Shown here piece after piece: positions 1 through 11,560 of a stretch of 64,000 bases of DNA. The notes beneath the pieces were generated by a model. The model saw nothing but the letters and a program-made list of their open reading frames with translations, was not told the DNA's origin and ran no database searches. The DNA comes from Felis catus. Taxonomy: Eukaryota. The DNA lies in contig NC_058373.1 of assembly GCF_018350175.1 (NCBI RefSeq), positions 115,136,001-115,200,000 on the forward strand, given 5' to 3'. The position numbers were made by a program, and so were the translations under genes. How positions within the stretch are numbered: position 1 is the first letter of the stretch; every line of letters begins with the position of its first letter.

Positions 1-98
1 GGAGGTCTTCAGATTCCCTGAAATGACTACTACTCACAGCTCATTTAGTGTGACCAGCCAGAGGGATGAGCTTCCTCTGGGAAAGGGTAGGAGAGTCC

Positions 99-326
99 TT
101 TTTTTTTTTTTTTTTTTTTAAGTTTATTTATTTACTTTGAGAGAGAAAGAGCACATGCACAAGCAGGGAAGGGGCAGAGAGAGAGGGAGAGAAAGAATCC
201 CAAGCAGGCTCTGCACTGCCACTTCAGAGCCCAGTTTTGGGGGCTTGAACCCACAAACTGTGCGATCATGACTTGAGCAGAAATCAAGAGTTGGATGCTT
301 AATCAACTGACCCATCCAGGAGCCCT
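99..326 (-). mobile_element. CanSINE (SINEC_Fc-like)
   Basis: polyT, (GA)n, tRNA-derived head; TSD gggtaggagagtc at 85-97 and 327-339. Confidence 0.93.
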
Positions 327-769
327 GGGTAGGAGAGTCTTTGTTAAGCTTGCCTGGTTTGGCAGTCACTCAGACTCACCTCCTGTTTCTGTGTTGGCCA
401 ATAGTCTCCTCCAATTTTCCAAACAACTCTTCTTCATTTCCAAAGGGGGGCCCATTTTTGCTAACAACCACCCCCCTAAAAAAAACCCACCCAAAACTAC
501 AACTTACCTTGATTGTTACTATGTGTGCCTTCTCTGCCTGTTTTCCGGCAGAGGCAGGCAGCCACTCTTGTTTTCTCTTGAGGTGCTCCTGCCACATTGG
601 AGTTCCTGGAAGCTGATGCTGCTGAACTTCCTCATTGGGCAGAGGCTAGGATGTGAGCCGAGTCCCGAGTGCTCTGAATGGACAGAGCACACAGAGTGGG
701 GAACATTGCTGGGTTGGCACTGGGTCTGTGGGAGCCCAGTGGTTGGATTCTGACTGGGGGATATTTGAG

Positions 770-928
770 AGAACTCTGTTTAGTGAAAAGGTAGGGGAAC
801 TGAGTTCTGGTTCAGCCACCAGCAAGCCATCTCCCCCGGGCAAGTCGTGGCCTCAGTTTCTAGGCCTCAGTTCCCCTCCTAAAATGGGTAGATTGGACTT
901 ACAAGAGGACCCCAAGTTCCTTCAGACA
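770..928 (+). mobile_element. MIR fragment
   Basis: Core-like gggcaagtc...ggcctcagttcccctcctaaaatggg. Confidence 0.6.
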
Positions 929-1046
929 ATAATGTGTTAGGATCCCCAGGACCCATGAGTCTGCTCCTGGTGAGGGTGACAAGAGGCCAAAAAAGGCTGG
1001 GACAGAAAAACTTGCACTTCTCAGTTCTCTCTCTTTTTCTCCCCAT

Positions 1047-1218
1047 GTTTATTTATTTATTTTGAGAGAGAGAGAGTGGGGGGAGAGAGAATCCCAGCAG
1101 GCTCTACACTGCCAGCACAGAGCCCATTGGCGGGGCTCAATCCCATGAACCGTGAGATCATGATCTGAGCTGAAAGCAAGAAAGGGACGCTTAACTGATT
1201 GAACCACCCAGGTGCCCC
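1047..1218 (-). mobile_element. CanSINE
   Basis: tttatttattttgagagagag...gagatcatgatctgagctgaa...ccacccaggtgcccc. Confidence 0.9.
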
Positions 1219-1242
1219 CGCCCCCCCATTCTCTTTTTGCCT

Positions 1243-1501
1243 CCAGGCTTTTGCACATGTTGCTCCTCTCCCTGGAATGCGCCTTCCTGCAGTCGGTGTT
1301 AGACCGCTGCTTGTCCCGATACTGGTGGGGTGCCCCTCCTCTGTGCTGCCATATCTCTCTGTGCTCAGCACTTAATCCCACTGTCTTAATGTCTTTTTCC
1401 TTGTGCTTCCTGAGGCAGAGACTGTCTACTCTCGCCACTATGCCTCAGTTGGCTGGTGCAGTGCCTGGAATGTGGTATATACCCAACAAATGTTGAATGA
1501 T
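1243..1501 (+). mobile_element. L2 3'-end fragment
   Basis: tttgcacatgttgctcc...cctggaatg...cagtgcctgg...aaatgttgaatga. Confidence 0.6.
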
Positions 1502-2118
1502 AAAATGACCTCTCCTAGGCCAACACACCCAGTGCACTCAGGTGGGCTTTTCCCCACCTCACCAAGCCCTCTTTCTGGTGTTGTATGTGGATACAGGAGA
1601 ACCTTGGATAATGCTGAGAGTTGAAGTTTCATCTCACTGTAGCAAAGCATTAAGTGATGCTGCCACCCCACCCTGGGGGTGCTCTTTCTAGGTGTTGCTT
1701 TGACCTGGGATGGTTCTGGACTTTGTCCTGCTTTTCCCCATCTGCAGCCTTGAAGGAGGGGCAGGCAGCCACGTGCAGATTGCTGTCTCTGCCAGCTGCC
1801 TGGGGCTGGGCCATCTGCTGCCGGTGACAGGGGGTGGGGTGAGGGGTGCGCAGCAACCTAATCTCCTTCACTGCACTGACTACATGGCCGAGTCCAGCCC
1901 CCCCTTCTCTCTACACTCTGTCTTCTGTTCAAGCGCTCTGTTGTACTACTCTTCATCGAGGTCTTGCTTTTGTTCCAGCTGCTGCCCCCACCACTCTGCT
2001 CGGAGAACCCTTGCTGTGTTTCTGTTTATTCTGTGTGTGTGCCTTGCCCTTTAGTCCGAGCCCCCAAGAATCTTTATGTAATATGAGACAGCAGCAGCAA
2101 AAAGAAAAAAGCAAAAAA

Positions 2119-2293
2119 GGGGGGCCTGGATGGCTCAGTCAGTTAAGCATCCGACTTGGGCTCAGGTCATGATCTCACAGTTCGTGTGTTCGAGCCCTGT
2201 GTTGGGCTCTGTGCTGACAGGTCAGAGCCTGGAGCCTACTTCGGATTCTATGACTCCCTCTCTCTCACTGCCCCTCCCTGACACATGCGCGCG

Positions 2294-2329
<36 letters not shown>

Positions 2330-2360
2330 AAATAAATAAATAAATGTTAAAAATTTTTTT
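2119..2360 (+). mobile_element. CanSINE with (GC)6(TC)n tract
   Basis: ggggggcctggatggctcagtcagttaagcatccgact head; (TC)n; aataaataaa tail. Confidence 0.93.
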
Positions 2361-2461
2361 AAAAAGAAAACAAAAAACAAACTTTAGAAATGAAACCTTG
2401 GACTCCTGTTGGCCAGTGTTCAGATGTAAGGAGACTCTTACCTTTGTTTTTGCTTTTTTCC

Positions 2462-2621
2462 AAATGTTTTTTAAATTACTTTTGAGAGAGAGAGACAGAG
2501 AGAGCAGGGGAGGGGCAGAGAGAAGAGAGGGAGACAGAAAATCCCAAGCAGGCTCCACGTGAGATCATGACCTGAGCTGAAATCAAGTTTTGGAAACTTA
2601 ACTAAGCCTCCCAGGTGCCCC
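2462..2621 (-). mobile_element. CanSINE with internal deletion
   Basis: tttgagagagagagacagag...caagcaggctccacgtgagatcatgacctgagctgaaatc...caggtgcccc. Confidence 0.88.
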
Positions 2622-2841
2622 TGGAGTTTGTACCTTTGGATTCACCACCCTGTTTTCCATCCCTCCTCCCAGGGAATCTTTGAACAGCAGGGGTGGGCTG
2701 AGTCACTTGCAAAAGCTCTAATTTTGCTTGTGCTGTAAGCCTTGCCTCTTTCTGGCCTTGTGTGGACATAAGCAAGAGGCAAAGAGAAAGTAACCTATCC
2801 TCATCACTCTTGACGACTCTGGGTTTGGACGTTCAGAACTG

Positions 2842-2844
<3 letters not shown>

Positions 2845-2890
<46 letters not shown>

Positions 2891-2932
2891 TGTGTGTGTG
2901 TCTGTGTGTCTCTGTGTGTGTGTGTGTGTGTA
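2845..2932. repeat. (TG)n microsatellite, interrupted
   Basis: Direct reading. Confidence 0.97.
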
Positions 2933-3059
2933 TGCACACATGTGCACAAGCTGTGCCAGGAGGAGGCATTAGGAGGGAATGTGGACAGAGTTTTAAAGTC
3001 GTCTTTACCAAGTGAAGAGGTGACAGAGCAGAGAACAGAAGGGCAATATACCCTAAACT

Positions 3060-3198
3060 AGGACTTCTCAAACTTTAACAAGTGTAGGAATCACCTGCGG
3101 AACTTTATTACAATGCAGATTATGATTCAGGAGATCAGGGATAGAGGCTGAGATTCCACCAGTGCTGCTGTTCAAAGACCCATAATTTGAATAGTAAG
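3060..3198. mobile_element. MER5-family hAT-Charlie MITE (degenerate)
   Basis: ttctcaaacttt...gaatcacctg...aatgcagattatgattcag...ggctgagattc...tttgaatag. Confidence 0.6.
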
Positions 3199-3519
3199 CC
3201 GCCTCCTCCTCCTCCTCCTCTTAACACTGATTAAAAAGATTGATGTGGGGAAGGCAGGAGGGAGGCTAGCAAGGACTTTCAATTTTAAACCTGAGGGCCT
3301 GAGCTGGCCTTCCAGCCAGTGTTGACAGAGCCCTTTTCCACATCCCTCCCTCCCTCATGCCTGAGTTCTTGGCTTCTCTGGAGCTTCCCTTGGCCCAGTT
3401 TGGTTTCCACAGTATAAGAACCTCTGTCCTTCGAGGGTGGGTGTGCATACTCACAATAAGACTGGATCTTTCCCCTTTCTCTTTGGCTCATTATAAATAG
3501 GTAAGGCTGAACCTAGCAT

Positions 3520-3690
3520 TTCAAATAGAATTTTAGGACTGAAAGAACTCTTAAATTATCTTTTCCAGTCCCTCTATTTTACTGAGGAGGAAATGGGCCC
3601 AGGAAAAGTTTTGTGACATGTTCAGAATTAGCTAGTGGCAGAGCTGGAGTTAAAAGCCAGATGTCTGAACTCCTAAGCTCTTCTTTCTGA
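3520..3690 (-). mobile_element. MIR fragment
   Basis: attttactgaggaggaaatgggccc...agctagtggcagagctggag...tctgaactcc. Confidence 0.6.
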
Positions 3691-3857
3691 GGCACTGTAA
3701 GCCCAAGTTAGGGACTGTGGGAGGATCAAGATGTTGTTCTGGGGACAGGTGTTAAGACAAGAGGCTTTGTAGTGGTGTGAGGGAATTTTACACTACATGC
3801 ACAACTAAGGCAGGTCTGCTGGCATCTGCTACAGCTCAGCATTCACTCACTTAGGCC

Positions 3858-4080
3858 AGGCTTCTCAGCTGCAGCACTGTTGACATTTCGGGCCAAGTAA
3901 TTCTTTGTTTTCTTTAATTCTTTGTTAAACATCATAGGATGTTGAAGTGGCATCCCTGGCCTCTACCCACTAGATGCCAGTAGCATCCCCTCACCCCCAA
4001 GTTATAACAGTCAAAAATGCCTCTAGACATTGTCACATACCCTCGGAGGGGGGTAAGACTGCCCCCAGTTTAGAACCTCC
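3858..4080. mobile_element. MER20 (hAT-Charlie)
   Basis: gcactgttgacatttcgggcc...aattctttgtt...catccctggcctctacccactagatgccagtagca...aaaaatgcctctagacattg...gcccccagtttagaacc. Confidence 0.85.
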
Positions 4081-5022
4081 AGTTCAGGCACTAAGTATTT
4101 TGGGGAGGAGGGTCCCCTTGGGCACCTACAGTGGGTTTTTTTTAGTGGATGTTGGTCTCTGTGTTATAAAGAAAGCATAAAAGGGGACCCACCCTTCCTG
4201 TGCACTTACAGTTTAGTTTACAGTTTAGTGGGGAGACCAGACCAGCCAATGCATGGGTCACATAAATTGCCATCGTAGTGGTCCCTCCAAGATGTAGAGC
4301 TGCAGGCTGAACTCTGAAGAATGTGGTGCCAGCCCAGGGTACTTAATGAGGGGATTTTGCTGCTCTGGGAAGGATTACATAGCTAAGAATTTAGTAATTC
4401 TCATTCATATCTTTAGTTATCCTTACCTACTTCTGCTCAAGCAGCATTCTTCCATTCTGAAAAAGCATTTCATCTGATCAGACACATTAACCAGCACATA
4501 GGTATACTTGAAGGGAGGGAGGCCTGCTCAGGCCTGATGCTGTTAAGGTAACCCATTCCTTAGTGAGATCACTTTTTCTTTCTAGTTTGATTTTCTTTTG
4601 CTTGGGATGAATGCTCTGGTAGACCTTTCTTGCATCTTTACCATTGTGTTAAGCAATATTGACATAAGGCTACATAAGAACTGTCATGTTCTGAATACAT
4701 AGGTAAAAAACATGGTTAAATGCCCCTTTGTGAACCTAAGAAAGAGTCTTTACCTCTTTTCGTTTTTCATAGGATACTGTACTTATGTTTTTAAGGCCAC
4801 TGAGTACCTCCCCTCCCCATCTTGTGCTTAGCACAGGCCTCCCTGAAAAATGTTACTCCAGGGCACAAAAAGCATTGGTGATGGGAACCTCATAGTTCAA
4901 TGAAGTCAATATAACTTGACCAGTGCGAGACTGCTTTTTTCCCGTTACTTTTTTGGATGCTCCATTGCCTCCTGGGTTGCATTGTTTCTAATAATAAACC
5001 TGCTGTAATTCTTTGTTCTTCT

Positions 5023-5249
5023 TTTTTTTTTTTTAATTTTTTTTTAATGTTTATTTATTTTTGAGGCAGAGAGAGACAGAGCATGAACAGGGGAGGGGCA
5101 GAGAGAGAGGGAGACGCAGAATCCGAAGCAGGCTCCAGGCTCTGAGCTGTCAGCACAGAGCCCGACACGGGGCTTGAACTCATGGACCCTGAGATCGTGA
5201 CCTGAGCCAAAGTCGGATGCTTAACTGACTGAGCCACCCAGGCACCCCA
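5023..5249 (-). mobile_element. CanSINE inserted in L1
   Basis: Full length; 16-bp TSD aattctttgttcttct at 5007-5022 and 5250-5265. Confidence 0.95.
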
Positions 5250-5320
5250 AATTCTTTGTTCTTCTGAACGCACTATATCTCTCATTCCCCTACCTGCCAT
5301 GGCTGCTTTTAACACTTTCT

Positions 5321-5508
5321 TATCTGTCTGTCTATCAATCAATCAGCCATCAAGCAGGAGAAAGGCAGGGGTTGGGGAGAATCCCAAGCAGGCTCTGCTC
5401 TGTCAGTGCAGAGCCCGATGTGGAGCTCGAACCCACAAACTGTGAGATAATGACCTGAGCCAAAATCAAGAGTTGGTTGCCTAACTGACTGAGCCACCCA
5501 GGGGCCCC
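5321..5508 (-). mobile_element. CanSINE inserted in L1; tail degenerated into tetranucleotide repeats
   Basis: TSD aacactttct at 5311-5320 and 5509-5518. Confidence 0.9.
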
Positions 5509-5694
5509 AACACTTTCTCTTTATCACTTGTTTCAGCATTTTGATTATGTTGTGCCTTGTGTTTTCTTTTTGTCCTTCTTCTTGGTGTTTGATGAGCTCT
5601 TGGATCTGTGGGTTTATAGTTTTCATTAAATTTGGAAAAATTTCTAGCATTTCTTCAAAATTTTTTTGTGTCTACCTACCCCATCCCCAATAAA

Positions 5695-5722
5695 TACACA
5701 CACACACACACACACACACACA
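5695..5722. repeat. (CA)n microsatellite
   Basis: Direct reading. Confidence 0.95.
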
Positions 5723-7108
5723 TATTATGTGATTATATAACCTGTATACATACAGATACATATCTATGTTAGGCTGCTTGATAGTGTCCCACTGCTGTGT
5801 TCTGTATATATTATTTTGGATAGTTTCTATTGCTGTGTTTTTGAGTTCATTAATTTTTCTTCTACAGTATCTAATCTGTTAATCCCATCCTATATCTTTT
5901 TCTTTCAGATATTTGTATATTTTCCTTCTAGAAGTTCAGTTTGGGTCTTTTTTATGTCTTCCATTTTTTTCATCATGCTCATGCCTTCCTCTTCTCTCTT
6001 GAACACATGGAGAATATTTATAATAGAGATTTTAACATCCTTGTCCACTGTCATTGGGTCAATTTTATGCCTGTTTCTTTTGTTTCATTATTCTTCTAGT
6101 TATGGTCATATTTTCCTGCCTCTTTGCATTCCTGTTAATTTTTTTATTTGAAGCTAGACATAGTGAGTTTTATTATTGTGGGTGCTGGAACTATTTATAT
6201 TCCTTTAAATGCTTTTGGGCTTTGTTCTCAGAAACAGTTCAGTTACTTGGAAATTGTTCGATCCTTTCATTTCAAGGCCTGCTTTTTAGCTTTGTTAGTT
6301 TGGGTCCAGAACAGCCTTTAGTCTGGGGCCAGGATGGCCCCATTACTAAGGCCAAACCCTTCTGAAGATTCCATCTGATGCCCTGTTTGTTAGGACATTT
6401 TTCCACTTTGGCCGGTAGGAACATGAATATTTCTGGCTCTGTGTGAACTCTGGGGGTTATGCCACCTACTTCTTTCCGTTCATTCTTTCCCCAGCATTGC
6501 TAATTTCCTCATACACATGCACAGATGAGTACTCAGCCAAAGTTTCAAGGGGTTCTCTCTTCAGATCTCTGGGGCTTTTTCTCTTTATGGCTCCTTATTT
6601 TTAGTTACTTTGCCCTGCAAATTCTAGCCACATTAGTCTCCCCACACTCCCAACTCTGTCTCTAACTCTGAGATTGTTGAACTCTTTCATGTTTCTTCTT
6701 TCTGCATTGTGTTCTGGAAACTCCTGAGAGAGTTAGCTAGGGCACTAGTAGGGTTCACTGCGTTTCAAGGATCACTGCCCTGTGCTGCCTATTGTTAAAT
6801 GTCTGAAAGCCATTATTTCATATATTAAATCTGGCTTTCTAGTTGTTTAAGGAAAGAGAGTAAATCTAGTCTCTGTTATTCCATCATGACTAGAGGTAGA
6901 AGTCCCTCAGACTAATTTCCAACCTTGGATATTTTTTCCCTCCTGTGTTTGCTTGTTGAAAAATGGATCCATCAAGACAAATTTTACTCAGATTCAGATC
7001 ATGTTAGTTTGCCAAACATTTATTGAACACCTGCATCCAGAGAATAGCATGGTTCAGTATTAGGCTATATATGGCACAATCTGTAATTTTACCTGTGCTG
7101 CACTTTCT

Positions 7109-7340
7109 TTTTTTTTTTTTAATTTTTTTTTTCAACGTTTATTTATTTTTGGGACAGAGAGAGACAGAGCATGAACGGGGGAGGGGCAGAGAGAGAGGGA
7201 GACACAGAATCGGAAACAGGCTCCAGGCTCCGAGCCATCAGCCCAGACAGAGCCTGACGCAGGGCTCGAACTCACGGACCGCGAGATCGTGACCTGGCTG
7301 AAGTCGGACGCTTAACCGACTGCGCCACCCAGGCGCCCCA
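7109..7340 (-). mobile_element. Young CanSINE (SINEC_Fc1-like)
   Basis: CpG-rich and near consensus; perfect 15-bp TSD tgtgctgcactttct at 7094-7108 and 7341-7355. Confidence 0.96.
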
Positions 7341-7619
7341 TGTGCTGCACTTTCTAGCAGAAAGCTGGGGGTGCACTTCTAGGTGTTATCCTGGCACAAA
7401 CATGCACATCTTTACACACTTTGAGCCTCCTTCCTGTGCCTCCTGACCATGCTTCCATTTAACCTGGGCAGCTAGTTGAACTAATAGGCACAATCCATGA
7501 ACAAACAGTAGGTGCCCAGCTGTGTATGCGTGAGTTAGCCAGATAGCCATCTCCAGAGAGCCTTGTGTGGGGAAGGGAGGAGTTTTAACTCTCTGTGTTC
7601 AGTGGCTCTTCCATCTTAC

Positions 7620-7818
7620 TTAGGCTTACTCTGTGCCAGATCCTATATGTGTGAATCATGGACTCTGAAATTCTGTGAAGCATTCGGTGTTATTTTCCCC
7701 ATTTTATATATGACAAAATAGAGACTCACAACAGTAAAGTGGTACCCCTAGGACCTGTAAGAAGCAAGAGGCAGAATCAGGATTTGAACTCACTTTTGTG
7801 TAACTCTAAAATCCACGT
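7620..7818 (-). mobile_element. MIR fragment
   Basis: ccccattttatatatgacaaaatagagactcac...ggcagaatcaggatttgaactc. Confidence 0.65.
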
Positions 7819-9229
7819 TGATTGATCCTGTAACAGTTTCATTTCCCTCTTCTGGGCTCCAGCTTACTTCTGTGTTTTGTTTTTGACATTTGGGCTGTAT
7901 ATCACCTATGTGTTCTCACTTTCTACCTCTGTATGTGTCTTACCTCCCCCAGTAGACTGTTATCTCTTTTAGGGCATATGCTTTTCCCCATCTTGTGCCT
8001 TTCATGGAGTCTAGAATATGTAGGTACCCAGTATAGGTGTTGAATGAAGTCAGTAAGTTCCTTAAGAAAGATATTTGTTAGGAATGAGTCCAGATGCCTG
8101 TCTGGAGGGAAATACCAGATTCCCTCCCTCATTAATTTATGATATTTCTTTCTGTCTGCTGTGTTTATCATAATCCCTCTTAACATCTTCCAGGATGTAA
8201 CCTGGACTTTATGAAGTTCTTTGTTTGGTACCTCTGCCTGAATTTTGACTAATTTGAGATTACTCTTGGAGTCTGTGTTTGGAGATTTAAGGAAATATCT
8301 GTTGTGAATTAGATTCCTTTCTTCTCGGGCTGTGATTTAGAGCTCCGCATGTAGAGAACCAGAAGTATGGCTGGAGCTAGAACTGGAGCTTATAGGCCTT
8401 GGTGGAGGGTATAGGTGGGGGCAGGGGTGTGGGACTAATCAAAGGGGAAGGAACAGTAGGCAGGTTCCTGCTTCTTGTTTTTGCTTGGAACCTCACAGTC
8501 CAACCTTGACAGCTTACAGGAAGTTTGGGTAATTTGTGAGGGAGAGGACAGGAAGAGTCATGGTTTGGTTATAGATTCAGAGGCTTCTTGGAATTTACGC
8601 AAGATGGAGAACATTTGGAGTCTTGTACAGCTTAAGTGTGTACCTGATTGGGGCTGTTAAGCTTTAGTAGATGGAAGTGAAGAACATGTTCCTAGAATCC
8701 TGAGCCTGCACCAGAACCTCAGGGGAAAATAGTCAGGTGGCATGTGAGTAGAAAAGAGGAAAATGGCAGAAAGTGGGACCATATTTATGCAGAATCTTAA
8801 GGCCTGAGAGACACTAGGAAAGGTTGCTTCTGACTCAGCTACTAGGTAGACTGGTTGTCTCACGAATCTTACAGATGTAGCAGTTTTGGGGTAGAAGTGG
8901 AGAGGCTCTTTTGTTGCAGTTGAACATTAAGGAAGCAGGCAGCTCTTTAATATTCATCCCGTGTCTCCCTAGCTTTGGCCAGTCATGGCATGCGGGAGTG
9001 TTAGTTCAGAGACACTCTCTGTGGGGGTTCTCCAAGCTGTCTGGGCAGTTCAGGAATTTTAACTAAAATCCTTGGGCTAACTGAGAAGGTACAGCTTAAA
9101 AGATATAAATTCCTTCTAGCCATCCTCCAGTCTTTCTTCTCCCTTCTTTTCCAGCTCTTCGCTCAAATATTTTTGCCCTTATTGTGTCCACTTTGTCACT
9201 TTGAATTCATGTTAAGATCAGCATGATCT

Positions 9230-10150
9230 GCCCTCACCACTCTAATGAAACTACTCTTGATGAAGTCACCAAGCATCTTGTGACAAGACCAGTCTTCATC
9301 TTAGTGGACCTTCACTGCCAACTCCCCCTACATCCTCCTTGAATCTTTCTGTCCCTCCCTTGACATGTTGATGCATAGGCCCTGGTTTTCTCGTACTTTT
9401 GGAGTGTCTTTCGTGGGCTGTCCTTCCTTGACATGTTCCTTTAAAAAGTTAGTGTTCTTCCCAGGATTCTGTCCTTGACTCTCTTCTCTTCCCACTCAGC
9501 TCTCTTAGGTGAGTCCATCTATTGTACATGTATTCAGCCATCACTTATAGGCTGCTAACTCCAAGCTCAAAGCGCTCTGCAGAGTTTCATGCTCATTTCC
9601 TGCCATTCTAATCTTCTATCATTCCAGTTTTTTTAAATTATTTTTTAAAAATGTTTGTTTTTGAGAGAGAGCACGAGCGAGCAGGGAAGGGACACCAAGA
9701 GAGGGAGACACAGAATCCCAAGCAGGCTCCAGGCTCTGAGCTGTCAGCACAGAGCCTGACGCGGGGCTTCAACCTGTGAACTGAGATCATGACCTGAGCT
9801 GAAGTCAGACGCCTAACCAACTGAGCCACCTAGCCGCCCCCCAGTTTTAATATATGTGCTGCCAAAGCGAGCACCATGCTTATTTCCAATTTGCCTGCTA
9901 GACCTTTCTATGTGGATATCCTTGAAGTGTCTAATTCAGCATATCCAAGAATTACCTGAACTCAGTTCATTACATTCGTCCCCCAGATCTGCTCCTCCAC
10001 CTGTGTTCTTTTTCTCCTTTGGTGGCTTTCACCAGTCACCCCATCACTTAGGCCAAAAACCTTGGTGTCATCCTTTATTGTTTTCACTCACCCCATCCTA
10101 TTTTTGGCATCTTCTACAGCATTTGGCACATCATGAACATTGAATGAATA
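9230..10150 (+). mobile_element. L2 fragments (contain a SINE)
   Basis: tgaaactactcttgatgaagtcacc; ccaggattctgtccttgactctcttctc; tgcctgctagacctttctatgtggatatcc; ggccaaaaaccttggtgtcatcc; ends tgaatgaata. Confidence 0.6.
9632..9840 (-). mobile_element. CanSINE
   Basis: Typical body; short TSD ccagtttt on both sides. Confidence 0.92.
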
Positions 10151-10724
10151 AATAAGAGAAAAAGTTTATTAATTTCATCTGAATTTAATTATAATTTAGC
10201 TAGCACTTTGGCCTTCATGAAGCTGAATACCTCTGATTATACTCTAACTTTTGGGAAGGGCATCTGACTTTTGGCCACATTCAAATTCTATTAAGGAGAA
10301 GGCAGTTTTTAATTTAAAACAGGAACATTTTGTGGAAGGGTTAGTCATTATTAGAAATGGGTGGATTGGCCACTGTGCTATCTTTTAGGGCTGCTCTAAG
10401 GAGCTGCTATCAGTTAAAGATGAGGTGGGTGAAGTCAGACTGTACTGGCTCGTGAGGGCATTGTCCTTGGTGTTCATGGGAGTAGAGGCAGTGTGTTGTG
10501 GGTGGACTTGCCACATGCTATGGGTTTAATGCAGGAATAGGTAAGACTTTTCCATTGGGGAGGGTAGTATGCCTCCTTGCACTCACTGATGGATTTCCTA
10601 ATAGTATCCTAGTGTTTGTAACATAAATGCTGAGGATATGTTTATAACTATAATGCTTTACCAAGTTTATTTTCTTTTTCATCTAGCCCCTTAAAAAAAA
10701 AGAAAAGAAAAGAAAAGAAAAGGT

Positions 10725-10950
10725 GGGGCACCTGAGTGGCTCAGTCAGTGAAGTGTCTGACTTTGACTCAGGTCATGATCTCACAGTTCATGAGTTTGAT
10801 CCCTGCATCTGGCTCTCTGCCATCAGCACAGAGCCCACTTCAGATTCTCTGTCCCCCTTTCTCCACTTCTCCCCGACTTGCACTCTCTGTCTTTCTCAAA
10901 ATAAATAAGTAAACTTTCTTAAAAAAAGAAAAAAAGAAAGAAAAAAGAAA
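10725..10950 (+). mobile_element. CanSINE
   Basis: ggggcacctgagtggctcagtcagt head; A-rich tail. Confidence 0.9.
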
Positions 10951-10973
10951 TGGAGACAATGACTTAATCATAC

Positions 10974-11133
10974 GGGGCTTAGTTGGTTGAGTGTCTGCCT
11001 CTTGATTTCGGCTCAGGTCAGGAACCCATAGTCATGGGATCAGGTCCTGTGTTAGCGTGGAGCCTGCTTAATAAGATCTTTCTCTCTCTCCCTCTGCCCC
11101 ACTTGGGCACCCTCTCTTTCTCTCTCTCTCTCT

Positions 11134-11165
<32 letters not shown>
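10974..11165 (+). mobile_element. CanSINE (older subfamily) with long polyA
   Basis: cttagttggttgagtgtctgcctcttgatttcggctcaggtc...(TC)n, then A30+; TSD-like aatcata on both sides. Confidence 0.88.
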
Positions 11166-11167
<2 letters not shown>

Positions 11168-11269
11168 AATCATAGGATTTTGGAGCCAGAGAAGCTCTTC
11201 AGGTAGTAGTCATCTAGCCCAACCCTGACATGTTTTCAAAAAGTAGCAATAGTAATAATGATAGCTGGT

Positions 11270-11560
11270 AATAATTAGAATACCTAACATGTTTGACAGT
11301 TCACTAAGTTCCAGGTATTATGTTAAGTGCTTTACATGCATTTCCCCATATAATACTTACCCATGAGGTAGCTGTTATTAGTGCTATTTTATAGATAAGA
11401 AAACTGAGGTCCAGAGCAAATGAATAGCTGCATTGGAGTTAAGTATGCTGAAGCAGCTATTGTACAGAAAGATGAAGCATCTTGCTTACTGAAGGTCAAA
11501 TTTTCCAGTTACAGGCAGAACATGAGTAGAATGCAAATCTCCTGACTCTGAACTCAGCAT
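11270..11560 (-). mobile_element. MIR
   Basis: ccaggtattatgttaagtgctttacatgcatt...ttttatagataagaaaactgagg. Confidence 0.65.

Larger units (their letters stand above)
4930..6905 (-). mobile_element. Old L1 (L1M-type) 5' end with decayed ORF1, interrupted by two SINEs and a (CA)n
   Basis: Minus-strand translation EIFPNLMKTINPQIQE...TRHNIIKMLK...KVLKAA resembles L1 ORF1p (ENFPNL..INLQIQEA..TPRHIIIKL..KILKAAR); the end near 6905 reads ggacttctacctctagtcatgatggaataacag on the minus strand, like old L1 5' termini. Confidence 0.75.

Noticed and set aside
2762..3071. Cys-Val and His-Thr repeat ORFs
   Set aside because: Translations of the (TG)n microsatellite
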